A stretch of 24,562 bases of DNA from Candidatus Krumholzibacteriia bacterium (GTDB lineage: Bacteria; Krumholzibacteriota; Krumholzibacteriia; WVZY01), in assembly GCA_036478295.1 (NCBI GenBank), contig JAZGDW010000277.1, positions 1 to 24,562 on the forward strand, written 5' to 3'. A program made the translations under genes and the position numbers. This document shows positions 23,776 to 24,562 of this stretch, piece by piece. Position 1 is the stretch's first letter; every line of letters begins with the position of its first letter. The notes below the pieces were generated by a model, which searched no databases, was not told the DNA's origin, and was given only the letters and a program-made list of their open reading frames with translations.

Positions 23776-24562
23776 TCAACCCATCCTGTCGCGCTTGTTC
23801 AAGAAAGCCATCAGCGCCTGGTCAAACGGTGTCGTCGTCGTCAACTGGTTGTAGTCGATCTGGTGCTCCTTGCAACCCCGGTCCAGACGCCGTATCCACT
23901 CGTTGACCCGTTCCGAGTATTCCTTCTTGATAAAAGCGGGCTCGACGCGGACACGTGTGCCGTTTTCGAGGTCCCGGAACTCGACTTCGTCGCGGTAATC
24001 AAGGTCCATCTCACGGGGATCGAGGATGTGGAATACCAGCACTTCGTGTTTGCGGTGACGAAAGTGTTTCAGCCCCATCAGGACTTCTTCTGGATCATCC
24101 ATGAGGTCAGAGATCAGGACAACCAGCCCGCGACGCTTGACCCGCTCCGCAATTTCGTGGAGCGCGGGACTGATGCGAGTGCGCGCCCCGGGTTCGGCCC
24201 GGTCGAGAGCCGCCAGGAGATAGAAGAGGTGTTTGCGAACCGAACGGTGTGGCGTCAACTCGCGGATCTGATCATCGAACAGGCTAAGACCCACCGCGTC
24301 CTGTTGACCAATCATGAGATAGGCAAGGCTGGCGGCCAGCAAACCCGCGTAGGTCAGCTTGTCCACGCCGCCGTTTTCTGAGGAGAAACCCATCGATCCG
24401 CTCTTGTCGACCAGAATGGTGGCCTTTAAGTTGGTCTCCTCCTCGTAGACCTTCATGTAGTAGCGGTCCGTCTTGCCGAAGACCTTCCAGTCGAGGTTCT
24501 TTATGTTATCGCCCTGCATATACTGGCGGTATTCCGCGAACTCGACGGAGAATCCGTGGTAG
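23776..24562 (-). CDS. DUF58 domain protein (MoxR-associated), 5'-truncated by the window edge
   Basis: The frame stays open to the edge and reads YHGFSVEFAEYRQYMQGDNIKNLDWKVFGKTDRYYMKVYEEETN, the DUF58 signature. Further motifs DKSGSM and LISDL. Confidence 0.93.
   Translation of the reverse strand, partial: YHGFSVEFAEYRQYMQGDNIKNLDWKVFGKTDRYYMKVYEEETNLKATILVDKSGSMGFSSENGGVDKLTYAGLLAASLAYLMIGQQDAVGLSLFDDQIRELTPHRSVRKHLFYLLAALDRAEPGARTRISPALHEIAERVKRRGLVVLISDLMDDPEEVLMGLKHFRHRKHEVLVFHILDPREMDLDYRDEVEFRDLENGTRVRVEPAFIKKEYSERVNEWIRRLDRGCKEHQIDYNQLTTTTPFDQALMAFLNKRDRMG

Overview
GC-rich bacterial chromosomal segment with all credible genes on the - strand and no mobile element, tRNA/rRNA or CRISPR array. 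In transcription order (right to left): DUF58 (5'-truncated), BatA/vWA membrane protein, mfd, three tandem parvulin-domain chaperones (two lipoproteins plus a SurA-like protein), a short RqcP/YabO-like S4 protein, pdxA, ftsE, ftsX, a degenerate-M23 EnvC-like protein, holB, metG, tatD, a multi-zinc-finger hypothetical protein, an NDUFA9-like NAD(P)-binding protein, rsmA/ksgA, a large uncharacterised outer-membrane beta-barrel, two paralogous NTF2-like lipoproteins, a terminator, a degenerate tandem repeat and the start of a further gene. The organism is a diderm (SurA, beta-barrel with C-terminal Phe). An FCB-group lineage such as Krumholzibacteriota/Latescibacterota/Eisenbacteria is my unverified guess. 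The most interesting candidate system is the ksgA-linked, apparently plug-less barrel (about 28 strands counted by eye) with its two lipoprotein neighbours, which could be an LptD/LptE- or MtrB/MtrA-style barrel-plug complex. Other points of interest are a palindromic operator on its near-consensus promoter, a structured RNA leader upstream of the chaperone cluster, and a five-parvulin-domain cluster in which only one domain keeps both catalytic-site histidines. Several start codons are revised relative to the ORF track. All family calls come from motif recognition by eye, without database searches.
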